A stretch of DNA of 34,917 nucleotides. Origin: a bacterium. GTDB lineage: Bacteria; UBP14; UBA6098. The translations under genes were made by a program, and so were the position numbers. Positions 8,157-17,817 of the stretch are shown piece by piece (the first letter of the stretch is position 1; each line of letters starts with the position of its first letter). The notes beneath the pieces were generated by a model. It was not told the origin of the DNA and made no database searches. It saw only the letters and a program-made list of their open reading frames with translations. The DNA lies in the NCBI GenBank assembly GCA_003645085.1, contig QNEE01000005.1:1-34917 (forward strand). The letters run 5' to 3'.

Positions 8157-8266
8157 GAAGAATAGCTATAGCGTTCCTGATGCTGGTTCACTCTTAGTTA
8201 TTTGTTCATAAGCATATAGGTCCACGGCACCTCAATATAATTGGTGCCAGAACGAAAGCAATCACC

Positions 8267-8473
8267 TAAAATTAAGGTCGATTTGAGAGAATAATGTTCG
8301 GTATCTTTTTATAAGCGGCGAGTTTTCGAACTCCATCGAGTAGACGAACAGGTTTCTTTGTAATCCATTTTTGGCCATCTGGCAACCTCCAGCTTGGGTT
8401 TTTTTGTTGCATTACAAATATAACAAGTTAGAGGTAAAAGATAACAACTAATTTATCATAACCTATTAAAAGC
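8267..8473 (-). mobile_element. Second, shorter copy of the IS5-family left-end fragment (promoter/SD plus first 37 transposase codons)
   Basis: About 97% identical to 6594-6800 in the same orientation; the transposase reading frame is broken where identity ends. Confidence 0.65.
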
Positions 8474-8526
8474 TAATAAGTTATAGATAATTACGGAAAG
8501 CATTTACACCACTAGAAAAGCCGAGG

Positions 8527-9606
8527 TTAATCAATATTAATTATTATATCCTCGATTTTTTTAGGTAGATTCGTCAGGGCCTCGCAACCGTCTTTTTTAA
8601 GAAGGAAGTCGTCCTCGATACGCACACCGCCATAGTCGGGAATATAGACCCCCGGCTCGATTGTTATTACCGCATTTTCCAACAGCGTATTCTCCGACCT
8701 TGTGCCAACGGCCGGCGGGTCGTGAACCTCCAGCCCGAGTCCGTGACCGAGCCCATGGCCGAAATATTCGCCATAACCTGCCTTTTCGATAACCTCGCGG
8801 GCGACAGCGTCGAGCTCCTTACCGGTCATATTAGCTTTAGCCGCGTCTATTGCCGCCGCTTGAGCACGATAAACCAATTCATATATCTCCCGTTGCTTGT
8901 CGGTCGGTTCGCCCATAATGAATGTTCGCGTGATATCGCTGTGGTAGCCGTTAACTTTAGCGCCGAAGTCTATAGTAACGAAATCGCCGGTCTCGATAGT
9001 CCTGTCTCCCGCGACACCGTGAACGAGAGCGCCTCTCGGCCCGCTGACTACAATCGTGTCGAATGCGTTTTTATCCGCCCCTTCGCGCCGCATCCGGTAT
9101 TCCAGTTCGGCGGCGCACTCGCGCTCTACGATTCCCGGTTTCAACATCGGCAAAGCGGCCAGCAACCCTTTCTGTGCGACATCGATTGCAACTCTGATTT
9201 TCTCTATTTCATCCGGAGTTTTCGACGAGCGGAGTTCGGTTACGATATTCTCTATAGGTTTCCATTCGAGCCTATCGGAGAATTTCTTTTTCGTTTCTTC
9301 GAGCCTACAGAAACTGATGGAATTCTCGAAACCTATCGATTCGATAGATTGGATTTCATCCCGGCGCGCAAGAGTGTCGATAAGCTGACCGTCGTCCGGC
9401 ACGATAACCTCCGCGCCTTCGACCTCGCGCGGCGCCTGCGTTTTATACCTGAAATCCGTTAAAAAAAGAGCTCGGTTTTCTGATACAAACAGGAGACCAT
9501 TGGAACCGCTGTAACCGCAAAGATACCTGATACTTATCGGGTCGGTGAAAAGTATAGCATCGACCTTCTGGTCTCCGAGTTTTTCCCGGATTTTTTGGAT
9601 TCTCAT
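8527..9606 (-). CDS. M24B family Xaa-Pro aminopeptidase/dipeptidase
   Basis: Creatinase-like N-terminal domain, then pita-bread domain with HGLGHGLGLEVHD and metal-ligand pattern D...D...H...E...E. Confidence 0.85.
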   Translation of the reverse strand: MRIQKIREKLGDQKVDAILFTDPISIRYLCGYSGSNGLLFVSENRALFLTDFRYKTQAPREVEGAEVIVPDDGQLIDTLARRDEIQSIESIGFENSISFCRLEETKKKFSDRLEWKPIENIVTELRSSKTPDEIEKIRVAIDVAQKGLLAALPMLKPGIVERECAAELEYRMRREGADKNAFDTIVVSGPRGALVHGVAGDRTIETGDFVTIDFGAKVNGYHSDITRTFIMGEPTDKQREIYELVYRAQAAAIDAAKANMTGKELDAVAREVIEKAGYGEYFGHGLGHGLGLEVHDPPAVGTRSENTLLENAVITIEPGVYIPDYGGVRIEDDFLLKKDGCEALTNLPKKIEDIIINID

Positions 9607-10202
9607 TTCCGTTTCCTTTCGATTATTTTTTCGAGGAATGCCTTTCCGTATTGTCTTGCGCGTTCAAGTTCGGTTTTCGGTGTTTCCGAGGGATTACATT
9701 CACAGTTGTTTATCGTAAGCATATCTGGCATTTCGATAGATATTGCGTCCAGGAAATATTTCAATGTTAATCTTACACCCTCGAAAACCTTAGTTCCACC
9801 GCTGCCGGCTACCGCGATTATCCCTGCGGGGCGACCGCTCGGTAACGGTTTTTCAACAATGTATTTTCGCGCCCAGAAAGTCTGACAGCGGTCGACGAGC
9901 GCTTTCGCTTTCGACGGCAGCCCGTAAAAATATACCGGAGTAGCCAGTATTATGCCCTCGACATTTTCCAGAAGATTGTAGATTCCGGCCATATCGTCCT
10001 CGATAGGGCAAGGTCTCCCGTCGTAACATATTTCGCAGGCTTCGCACGGTTTTATATCGAGACTGCGGATAAACAGTCGTTCGATTTTCAACCCGTTTTC
10101 GATTAGCGGCTCGAGAGCTGCGTCGAGTAGGTTGCTGCTGTTCGACGGTTCCCGCGCGCTGCAGTATATCGTTAGGATTTTTGATATAAATTCGCCGTGC
10201 AT
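9603..10202 (-). CDS. Iron-sulfur flavoprotein (Isf / NADPH-dependent FMN reductase fold)
   Basis: Flavodoxin-like fold (ILTIYCS...GIILATPVYFYGLP) with compact 4Fe-4S motif CEACEICYDGRPC (CX2CX2CX5C) typical of Isf proteins. Confidence 0.6.
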   Translation of the reverse strand: MHGEFISKILTIYCSAREPSNSSNLLDAALEPLIENGLKIERLFIRSLDIKPCEACEICYDGRPCPIEDDMAGIYNLLENVEGIILATPVYFYGLPSKAKALVDRCQTFWARKYIVEKPLPSGRPAGIIAVAGSGGTKVFEGVRLTLKYFLDAISIEMPDMLTINNCECNPSETPKTELERARQYGKAFLEKIIERKRK

Positions 10203-10272
10203 AATTAATGAACCAGGATATTTCTACTTCATGTGGTATCTCCCGATACAGATTGGCTATATCGGGAAACCT

Positions 10273-11328
10273 CTATTTTACTTTGATATTCCCCGATTGC
10301 GTTGTAACATGCAAAAAACCGGCCCCTTCGGGGTTTTCCAGTTTAGCGTATTTTAGGCCTTTTTCGATTGCCGGATGCGATAACTTTCCGGATTCGGTTA
10401 TTAGTTCCGTTGCGGCAAAACCGGGTTTATCTCTCTGAATCTCAATTTCGCCGGATTGACTCGTTACCGAGATACTACATTCGGCCACAGCGGTAAATTC
10501 GATATCCATATCACCGCTTTGGGAATCGATTTCAGCCGAGGGTATCGTCGGGCCTTTGTAGTAGAAATCGCCGGATTGTGTCGATATTCTAGCTTGTGTC
10601 GGCGGATTTTCTGCTTCGATAGCTATCTCGCCGCTTTGCGTTGTGAATTCGATTTTTAGAGAATCGTCGATTTCGCCCGTAATATTGCCCGATTTGGTCG
10701 TTATAATTAAATCGCCGCCCGGTTTTTTTAAACGAATCTCGCCGCTTTCGATTAGGACATTTTGCTTTCCCGATGTCGATGCCAGAACCAGATTCCCCGC
10801 TTCTAAAGACAAATCGAGATTGCCGGAAAAACTTACTATCTCCCCGCTGGATATTATACCTTCATAAATTAACGAGGTATTTTCTGGAAGCGAGACCTCG
10901 ATTTCGGTTTGAACGGAAGTGCCGGAATAGGTAGAAATCTTGATTTGCCGGCCTTCCCAAGCAGTGTCGAAGCTACGCCTGCCGTCGAGATAGGGAAATC
11001 TCGCTTTCTCGATTTTATCGAACGGTAAGACCGTTTTTATCAGTAGTTCGCCGTAACTCTCTTCGACGGTAATCTGCATTTTCGCTACGAGGTTTCTGGA
11101 TTCGTTATAATCGCCGGCTTCGGCGTAGAGTCTATATCGTATCTCGATATCCTCTCTATCCCAGGTTCTGACCTTCAACTGGCCTATCGGGTTTTCGATT
11201 TTGACAATACCGGAATCCGGTCGGTCGAAATTGCGGACCATACTCCTCTGAAAAAAATTCTCTCCCGCAAGAGCTGTTAATACGAACGATAGGAAAAGGG
11301 ATATGAAGTATCTTCTTCTAATCTCCAT
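10273..11328 (-). CDS. DUF4097-like beta-helical repeat protein (putative adhesin family), secreted
   Basis: Signal peptide; about 8 degenerate repeats centred on T-x-SG-[DENS]-[IF] (TTQSGNIKV, TSQSGEIEI, DSQSGDMDI, STQSGDFYY, TTQSGEIAI, TTKSGNITG, ...). Confidence 0.55.
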   Translation of the reverse strand: MEIRRRYFISLFLSFVLTALAGENFFQRSMVRNFDRPDSGIVKIENPIGQLKVRTWDREDIEIRYRLYAEAGDYNESRNLVAKMQITVEESYGELLIKTVLPFDKIEKARFPYLDGRRSFDTAWEGRQIKISTYSGTSVQTEIEVSLPENTSLIYEGIISSGEIVSFSGNLDLSLEAGNLVLASTSGKQNVLIESGEIRLKKPGGDLIITTKSGNITGEIDDSLKIEFTTQSGEIAIEAENPPTQARISTQSGDFYYKGPTIPSAEIDSQSGDMDIEFTAVAECSISVTSQSGEIEIQRDKPGFAATELITESGKLSHPAIEKGLKYAKLENPEGAGFLHVTTQSGNIKVK

Positions 11329-12010
11329 CCTGCCTCACCTTTTTGTATTTTGCGACCTCGATATCCGCCTGCCTTGTCGGTTCCGGAATTCTGTATTTTC
11401 CGGTGCAGGCAAGCGCGAGTTCTCTGGCGCGGTCGATACCGACCAGATGCCCCGGCGAAATAAACATAGGTTTTACATTGCTTTTGGTTCTCAAAACCGA
11501 GCCTACACTTTTTCCCATAAATAATAGAGGTTTCCAGTTGCCCTTTTCGGTGCCGACTCCGTCATGTTTGCCGACCAATCTACTTTTCGCGCAACCGACC
11601 GTCGGTATTCCGAGGAACAGGCCGATATGGCTTGCGAACCCTATCCCGCGGGGATGCGCGATTCCCTGACCATCGACGAAAACGACATCGGGCACGCTGG
11701 ATAATCTCCTAAATAAAGGTAATAGAACCTCGATTTCGCGGAAACTCAAATAACCGGGGATATATGGAAAACGCAACGGCGCCGAACCGGTCAACACATC
11801 GATTTTTTCGAGTTTCGGGTAGGAAAGCAAAACGACCGCGCCGAGAGCGAGGTTTTCCTTCTTATCGAATGCAACGTCACAACCAGCAACAAGCGAAATA
11901 CCAGCTATTTCGGGGCCGTTACCGATACTTAATTTATCGACAAGTGAAAGCTGGAGTTCTTTGGCCTTCGCCAGGGTTAGGTCGAAATTATGCAGGTTAT
12001 TAATCTTCAA
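11318..12010 (-). CDS. nfi: Endonuclease V (deoxyinosine 3' endonuclease)
   Basis: Motifs AGCDVAF and FPYIPGYLSFRE plus HIGLFLGIPTVGCAKS match the EndoV catalytic core. Confidence 0.85.
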   Translation of the reverse strand: MKINNLHNFDLTLAKAKELQLSLVDKLSIGNGPEIAGISLVAGCDVAFDKKENLALGAVVLLSYPKLEKIDVLTGSAPLRFPYIPGYLSFREIEVLLPLFRRLSSVPDVVFVDGQGIAHPRGIGFASHIGLFLGIPTVGCAKSRLVGKHDGVGTEKGNWKPLLFMGKSVGSVLRTKSNVKPMFISPGHLVGIDRARELALACTGKYRIPEPTRQADIEVAKYKKVRQDGD

Positions 12011-12488
12011 CCGGATTACTCAGTATTCGTTTAAGGTCCTCTTGTGCCAGTTCCCGATGGCTCCCGACCCAGAATATTCGCCCGCAATTTTCACATCTGC
12101 GGAACGTATTGTGGGTTCGATAAGTGTATTCGGGCACTTCCCCTTCGATAGACTCGCGGGGCACCTCGGATATAGTTCCGTTGCACTCCGGACACCGGTC
12201 GCCGTATAAGACCGGTTCGATATCGAACCATCGGATTATCTCGCGGAGCTGGTTTTCGGTTCCCTCCGTTTCGACCAGATACCCGTTCGATTTGGCCCTT
12301 CGCGCGAGTTCGGTGTCGTGTGTAATGAGTATTCTGTTTTCCGAAAGAGCGGTTGCCAGCAGCGAGGAATCCTCGCCGGAATTATCATACAGGACATCGC
12401 ATCCCAATAAACGCAGCCAGCGCGCGAGTTTCCCGAGCATAACATCGGCGACGAACCTGTGTCTGGAATTGTCCATATCAGAACGCAT
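12000..12488 (-). CDS. Mut7-C (DUF82) PIN-like RNase domain protein with C-terminal zinc ribbon
   Basis: Family-typical motif FVADVMLGKLARWLRLLGCDV; C-terminal CPECN...CENCG zinc ribbon. Confidence 0.7.
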   Translation of the reverse strand: MRSDMDNSRHRFVADVMLGKLARWLRLLGCDVLYDNSGEDSSLLATALSENRILITHDTELARRAKSNGYLVETEGTENQLREIIRWFDIEPVLYGDRCPECNGTISEVPRESIEGEVPEYTYRTHNTFRRCENCGRIFWVGSHRELAQEDLKRILSNPVED

Positions 12489-14331
12489 ACATCAGGGAAA
12501 GATGCCAATTGCTGTTAGATATTTCCTCGCCCGGTTCGGCTTCGTCGGCGTTCATAATTTGGTAGCCGTAATCGAAACGGATAGGGCCAACCGGGGTAAT
12601 CAGCGCCAACCCCCATCCGGCGCTGCCCTTAAGGTCGTCCGGATTGAATGTTTCGGCGAAATCCCAGAGGTTCCCGGTGTCGAAGAATATATGCCCCCAT
12701 AGACGCCAGGCAAGAGGCGCACGAAATTCTACGTTACCGAGCATAACTAATTTCCCGCCGCGCGGATTGCCCTGCTCGTCTACGGGACCTATCGACCTTT
12801 CCTGCCAGCCTCGAATAGTATTCGCTCCGCCGAGGAAGAACCTCTGGTGTGGAAGAACGTCTTCACCAGGGTTCCAATTGCCTATGACGGCAATCCGCCC
12901 GCGGTTCGCGAGAACGAATCTGTCGAAAATACTCAGATATCGACGATAGCTCAGACTTACCTTCGTATAATGCTCGTCCCCGCCGATAAAATAGCCTGCA
13001 ATCTCTGTCTGCGCCGCGAAATAACTACCGTATGTCGGGACAAGCACGTTGTCTCTGTTGTCCCTGACCGCCGAGTAACCTATTCTCCGCGAGATAGGTT
13101 TACGTTCGCCGAGTATTTGTTGCTGGAGTCCGGGGTCGGTAATATCGTAAATATCCGCCCACTCGTAGTTGAAATACACGCTATGTGTGAATCTCCGACT
13201 CGTCGAGTGTTCGGCGCCTATCTCGAAACCCACTATCTGGATTTTATACTGGTCGATTTCTTCGGAATTACCCGGCTCGAAATACAAATCGAGGGTTACG
13301 GGGGTTCTGGTGCCGAGTGTCCACGGCTCGCGGTATGTAACGTCGAAACGGTTGCGCAGGTTCGACCAGGCGGTAATAATTTGCCATTTCGATGTCGCCT
13401 GTATAGTGAACTCTCTGCCGGTTCCGAATAGATTGCGGTGTCCCCAACCGAGAGCGGCCTCACCTGTAAGGTCGTATTTCTCGTCGCTTCCTGCGCCTAT
13501 CCTGCTGATTATCCACCTTGGATGTTTTTCGGCGACAGTAATTCTGCAATCGAGCGTTTCTGGTTGCGAATCGAAATCGAGAGGTTCGATACTCACGAGC
13601 GTAAAAAGCCCCGTTCGGTATAGCGCTTCTTTACTTGTGGTGATTTTTTTCGCACTATACTTCTCGCCGTATTCTAACGCGAGTTCCCGCTTAAGAACCG
13701 ATTCGCGCGTCAGAATAAGGCCGCTATAAGTTACCGAGCCGAAATACGCGATTCTGCCCGGGTTTACCTTAATAATCGCGGTGGCTGAACTATCGCCCGT
13801 AATTTCGTAATCGCCGGTAACATCGGCATAGGGATATCCTCTGTTCTGGAAATGTCTTTGAATAGCACGTGCATCGCGCTTAAGACCTTTAGGATTAATA
13901 GGTTTTTCCGTTTCGGATAGAATAAGTTTCTCGATTTCTTCTCTCGGCAATATAGCGGGGAAATCCCCGGTTAATATAAGGCTATCGAGGATATATTGCG
14001 CACCTTCTATAACGTTTACATCGATGTGAAGGTATTTTTCATCTTCTTTGAACCGGGCGCTCGCCGTAACATTGACATCCAAAAAGCCCCTCGACCGGTA
14101 GTATTCCTTGACTATTCTAAGGTCGTTCTCGAGTTGTCTGCTGTTGAAATCCTGTGCACTGCCCAGGAGTTTTTTATACCAGGGGGACTCCTTTGTCCGC
14201 ATAATTTTTCCCAATTCCCAGTCGGGGATTGCATTGTTGCCGTAAAAAGCAACCTCGCCGGTTTTCTGTTGTGCGAGAGCGACAGAGACCAGAAGGAGCA
14301 ACGGCGGTATTTTAGATTTTAATAATCCCAA
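12478..14331 (-). CDS. tamA: Omp85-family outer-membrane assembly protein, TamA-like (3 POTRA plus beta-barrel)
   Basis: Signal peptide; POTRA-like repeats; C-terminal barrel ending in aromatic ...SLMYAF; immediately downstream of and overlapping the TamB-like gene. Confidence 0.7.
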   Translation of the reverse strand: MGLLKSKIPPLLLLVSVALAQQKTGEVAFYGNNAIPDWELGKIMRTKESPWYKKLLGSAQDFNSRQLENDLRIVKEYYRSRGFLDVNVTASARFKEDEKYLHIDVNVIEGAQYILDSLILTGDFPAILPREEIEKLILSETEKPINPKGLKRDARAIQRHFQNRGYPYADVTGDYEITGDSSATAIIKVNPGRIAYFGSVTYSGLILTRESVLKRELALEYGEKYSAKKITTSKEALYRTGLFTLVSIEPLDFDSQPETLDCRITVAEKHPRWIISRIGAGSDEKYDLTGEAALGWGHRNLFGTGREFTIQATSKWQIITAWSNLRNRFDVTYREPWTLGTRTPVTLDLYFEPGNSEEIDQYKIQIVGFEIGAEHSTSRRFTHSVYFNYEWADIYDITDPGLQQQILGERKPISRRIGYSAVRDNRDNVLVPTYGSYFAAQTEIAGYFIGGDEHYTKVSLSYRRYLSIFDRFVLANRGRIAVIGNWNPGEDVLPHQRFFLGGANTIRGWQERSIGPVDEQGNPRGGKLVMLGNVEFRAPLAWRLWGHIFFDTGNLWDFAETFNPDDLKGSAGWGLALITPVGPIRFDYGYQIMNADEAEPGEEISNSNWHLSLMYAF

Positions 14332-17300
14332 TTGAATTTCAAATCCAGTCGGTATTCGTTGCCGTCCTCGACACTCGTTTTTCTATGACCATCCAGGGAA
14401 ATATGGTCGGTAAGGCGGTATTCGAGGTTGATTACATCGCTTGCGGAATCTTCGAAATTGAGAGAGCGCGTGTATTTCAGATATAGCCTGTCTGTTAAAT
14501 ACTTGCCTATCGTAACATTCGCTTCTGAAAGGTCGAGAGCGTCTTCCTCGGAAGGTTCGAATTCGAACGTTTCGACACCGAGGGTCGTTCTGGCGACGTT
14601 TTCGACGCCGTGTGTAATATAATTCTGTAGAACCTGCGGCAGTCTTTCCTGTAATATATTTTCGTAACCCAGCGAATCCCTGCCATCGACGGGCGTATTC
14701 AACGCCAGAAGCGATAGAATATCTTTCTGGTCGTAGTCGGCTATCTCGCCGCTATTATCTCGCACAGAGAGTGCAATCTGCGGGGTTTCTAGATTTCCGG
14801 TAATATTTAGGACTATATCGACGTTCCCGGCTTTCGACACCGCTCGCAAATCGAGACGAGGGTTAATTCTCTCGATAGATTCGAAGTATATCGAACCCTC
14901 TTCTATATGAAAAGTGCGCCCATAAAAGAACGCCTTCCCACGGACGACTTTCAATTCGCCGTAAAGGGCGAGTGCTTTTTGTTCCGTCAGAAAATTTATT
15001 TTCCCCTTTATTTCAGCTTCGAGCATATCGGTCAATACCCAGACGTTCCCCGGGATTTCGAGGACGATATTCAACTCGACAGGCAGTGTTCCGGACTCTC
15101 CCCCATCTGTTTCGAGTTTCACTATATTGGCGTTGTCCATCTCGACTGTGCCGCTAATAAGGACTGGTTTTCCACCGGTTATCGCAAGGTCGGCGTCCGC
15201 GCGTGTAAATATGCCGTTTTCGGGGAAATTGAGCGGCAGATTATTCGTTTTAAATGTTATATCTAGTTCAGGTTCGGCGGGATTGGATATGTCTATATCG
15301 CCCATCGCGGAGAAATCGCCGTATTCTTTTTTCTGCCTCGTAAATATTCGTTTAACTCGCGCCCACAGAGATTTGCTTTCCACCGGCAACGCGCCTATCG
15401 TGCCACCGAACGTATCGATTACAATCCAATTCCCGACAAGACTCAGTCCGAGCGATAGACTCTCGACCGGGTCGGCAAGTGATTTAAGTCCCAGTATGCC
15501 CTGTCGCCAGTCGAGTTTGCCCTCGGCAAAGAGAGAATCGCTCGTTCCGGCTATCGATAACGTAAAATCGAACGGGCCTATCGCAGAATCGACCTCCTCG
15601 ACAAATGACGAAAACGCGTCGAAGCGCTCTCCTCTGCCGTTTATTTCGAATGAAAACGGCAAAGAATCCGAGTTAGGGTCAATCCATCCGCGTAGCGTAT
15701 ATTTTTCGGACTCCCTGTCTATAACCAGGGGCTGGACATCAACTATGCCGTCGTGGATAGAACCCTCGGCCTCGGCGCGTTGCCATTGCAACCCGTTAAT
15801 TTCCGTATCGTCGAAACGAATATAGTAGCTTCCGTGAGCACCCGCGTAATCGTAGGGCATCGTTAAAAATAAATCGCCCGACAGATGACCGGAGATACTT
15901 TCTACAGGAATGAATTCGGCAAGATGCGCTAACTGCAGATTCTCGAAATCGGCGTTCAGCGTTAGATTGTCTTTGTCTCCTTGGAGATTCTTTATTTCGA
16001 TTAACCCCCCCAATGTTCCGATAAACAGGTCGGTAGAACGTATCGTATCCCCGACAATGCCGACGGTAAACGTAGATTCGAGACTTACCGGTTTACCCAG
16101 AAAGACAAGCTCCAATCCTTCGGCGCAGATTCCTGTAGATTCGGGTGAGGCGTAAATCTCCGCGATACCCTTGGCGGACAGCTTATCGCCCCAGCAAAGG
16201 AAAGGTTTAATATAATACCGGTTCCCGCAAATCTCGATATTCGTTAGAAGAGAATCGTAGGTAAGTTCGCCGAATGCTCCTTCGCTCTCGATATAGACAT
16301 TTCCCCTCGGCGCGTCGATAAGGTTGTATATCGTGGCCTCTCCGTGGAACGAGCTGTGTTCTACAAAGGATGTAACGAGCGAATCACTCACTATCTCTAT
16401 GCTCAATATGGGTTCTTTGACAGAGCCGAGTATTTCGCTATTCTCGAGACGTGCACGACCGCCTATTACCTCCTCGAGACCGACTATATCTGCCAGTTTC
16501 GAGATATTGGGTGCCCAAACACCGAATTCGATATAGATTTCGCCTTTGTAGACGATTATCCCGTTCATTGTCAGCAGGTTACCCCCGCGTAGAACCTCGA
16601 AACCGGGGAAGAAAAGTATCGAATCCGGCGCGACATAGACGCTACCAGTCGCAGCGTCGAAATTTATCCCGAAAATACTCCCCGGGCCGAGGTCGCCACG
16701 AATAGCCATAAACACGAGCTTATCTACTATCTTTCCTACTACGTGCGCCCTGCCGGAGATATTCGAGGGCACCCCGCCATCCGGCAAAAAGGAGTTTAGA
16801 TCGAGGTTACCGATATAGCCATCGATAACCATATCGATATGACCGGCTCCTTTTTCTTTCGGGAACGACATTTCTAAAGTAGCGTCAACTGGGGCGCCCC
16901 ATAACATACCTTTTAGAGAAGACAGCCGCAGCTTTCTATTCTTAAAATGTAAATAAGTGCTCGTATTTCCCGCCTGAATATTATAAATCGAGCCGTCGAT
17001 AAATACATCTCCCGCTACCGTATCTTTTGTGCCGCTCAGGTCGATTTCAGCATGACCGTCGCCTATCAAAAACCCGAGGCTGAGCAGAGAGTCGACTTCG
17101 GCAAGGTCGATTTTTTCGCCACCCGCTTTGAATCGCCAAGCCAGCGGGTCGAACGACTCGATTACTCCTTCGACCGAGAGTTCGCTTCGATTGAGAACGA
17201 GATCCAGTTCGATAACGATACCGCTGTTTAATACGACTTTTCCCACGGCATTATTAATTACCCCGCGGTGTGGCAGAAATACCTCGAGAGAATCCGGATA

Positions 17301-17816
17301 AAACGAAATCGATTTGCCGGCGGAGGTAAAAGAACCTTTGCAAAACAATTCACGAAGACTGAAGTTCCCGGCATCCATCTCGCCATCGGTTATAAAAAGG
17401 GTATCGATTTGGAAATCCGGAAGGTTGAATCCTCCGACGTGTTCGCGCGAAGATTTGGGCCCTTCCATATCGCCGATACTCACTCTAGGGCGGTATATCT
17501 CGAGGTTATGCACGAGGCGGCATTTGAATTCGAACCGTGCGCGCAGGGAATCGGCTCGGATTAAAAATCCCTTGTCCTCGGTATGAACATAGAGAAGCAG
17601 GTTATCTGCCCGGATAAAGTCGATACCGAACCGCAGCTTGTCGAAATCGAGGTGAACCGGTGCGCCAGTTACGGCCAGCACTCTCTGGATAGTCCAGCGT
17701 TGAATTGGGGTTATCCAGTATAATGCTGAGACAAACAGCACAATTAAAATAACCGCACCGATTGCGATAAGGAGAGCGACCTCTATTCTGCGTCTTATTT
17801 CGCGTAGTTTTGCCAA
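14319..17816 (-). CDS. tamB: Translocation and assembly module TamB-like protein (1165 aa)
   Basis: Single N-terminal TM anchor, long beta-rich periplasmic region, DUF490-like C-terminus (...EYRLDLKFNWDY); paired with the Omp85 gene. Confidence 0.7.
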   Translation of the reverse strand: MAKLREIRRRIEVALLIAIGAVILIVLFVSALYWITPIQRWTIQRVLAVTGAPVHLDFDKLRFGIDFIRADNLLLYVHTEDKGFLIRADSLRARFEFKCRLVHNLEIYRPRVSIGDMEGPKSSREHVGGFNLPDFQIDTLFITDGEMDAGNFSLRELFCKGSFTSAGKSISFYPDSLEVFLPHRGVINNAVGKVVLNSGIVIELDLVLNRSELSVEGVIESFDPLAWRFKAGGEKIDLAEVDSLLSLGFLIGDGHAEIDLSGTKDTVAGDVFIDGSIYNIQAGNTSTYLHFKNRKLRLSSLKGMLWGAPVDATLEMSFPKEKGAGHIDMVIDGYIGNLDLNSFLPDGGVPSNISGRAHVVGKIVDKLVFMAIRGDLGPGSIFGINFDAATGSVYVAPDSILFFPGFEVLRGGNLLTMNGIIVYKGEIYIEFGVWAPNISKLADIVGLEEVIGGRARLENSEILGSVKEPILSIEIVSDSLVTSFVEHSSFHGEATIYNLIDAPRGNVYIESEGAFGELTYDSLLTNIEICGNRYYIKPFLCWGDKLSAKGIAEIYASPESTGICAEGLELVFLGKPVSLESTFTVGIVGDTIRSTDLFIGTLGGLIEIKNLQGDKDNLTLNADFENLQLAHLAEFIPVESISGHLSGDLFLTMPYDYAGAHGSYYIRFDDTEINGLQWQRAEAEGSIHDGIVDVQPLVIDRESEKYTLRGWIDPNSDSLPFSFEINGRGERFDAFSSFVEEVDSAIGPFDFTLSIAGTSDSLFAEGKLDWRQGILGLKSLADPVESLSLGLSLVGNWIVIDTFGGTIGALPVESKSLWARVKRIFTRQKKEYGDFSAMGDIDISNPAEPELDITFKTNNLPLNFPENGIFTRADADLAITGGKPVLISGTVEMDNANIVKLETDGGESGTLPVELNIVLEIPGNVWVLTDMLEAEIKGKINFLTEQKALALYGELKVVRGKAFFYGRTFHIEEGSIYFESIERINPRLDLRAVSKAGNVDIVLNITGNLETPQIALSVRDNSGEIADYDQKDILSLLALNTPVDGRDSLGYENILQERLPQVLQNYITHGVENVARTTLGVETFEFEPSEEDALDLSEANVTIGKYLTDRLYLKYTRSLNFEDSASDVINLEYRLTDHISLDGHRKTSVEDGNEYRLDLKFNWDY

Positions 17817-17817
17817 T

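Noticed and set aside
8225-8248. Hairpin ggcacc-N11-ggtgcc before IS fragment copy B
   Set aside because: Short 6-bp stem with a large loop and no U-tract, so not a convincing terminator
8722-9462. 246-aa plus-strand ORF
   Set aside because: Antisense to the well-supported M24 peptidase gene
12124-13729. Several 100-194-aa plus-strand ORFs
   Set aside because: Antisense to the Mut7-C and TamA genes; no motifs or RBS
15127-15825. 232-aa plus-strand ORF, and other ORFs of 60-120 aa inside 14319-17816
   Set aside because: Embedded antisense in the TamB-like gene; Ser/Pro/Arg-rich with no signals
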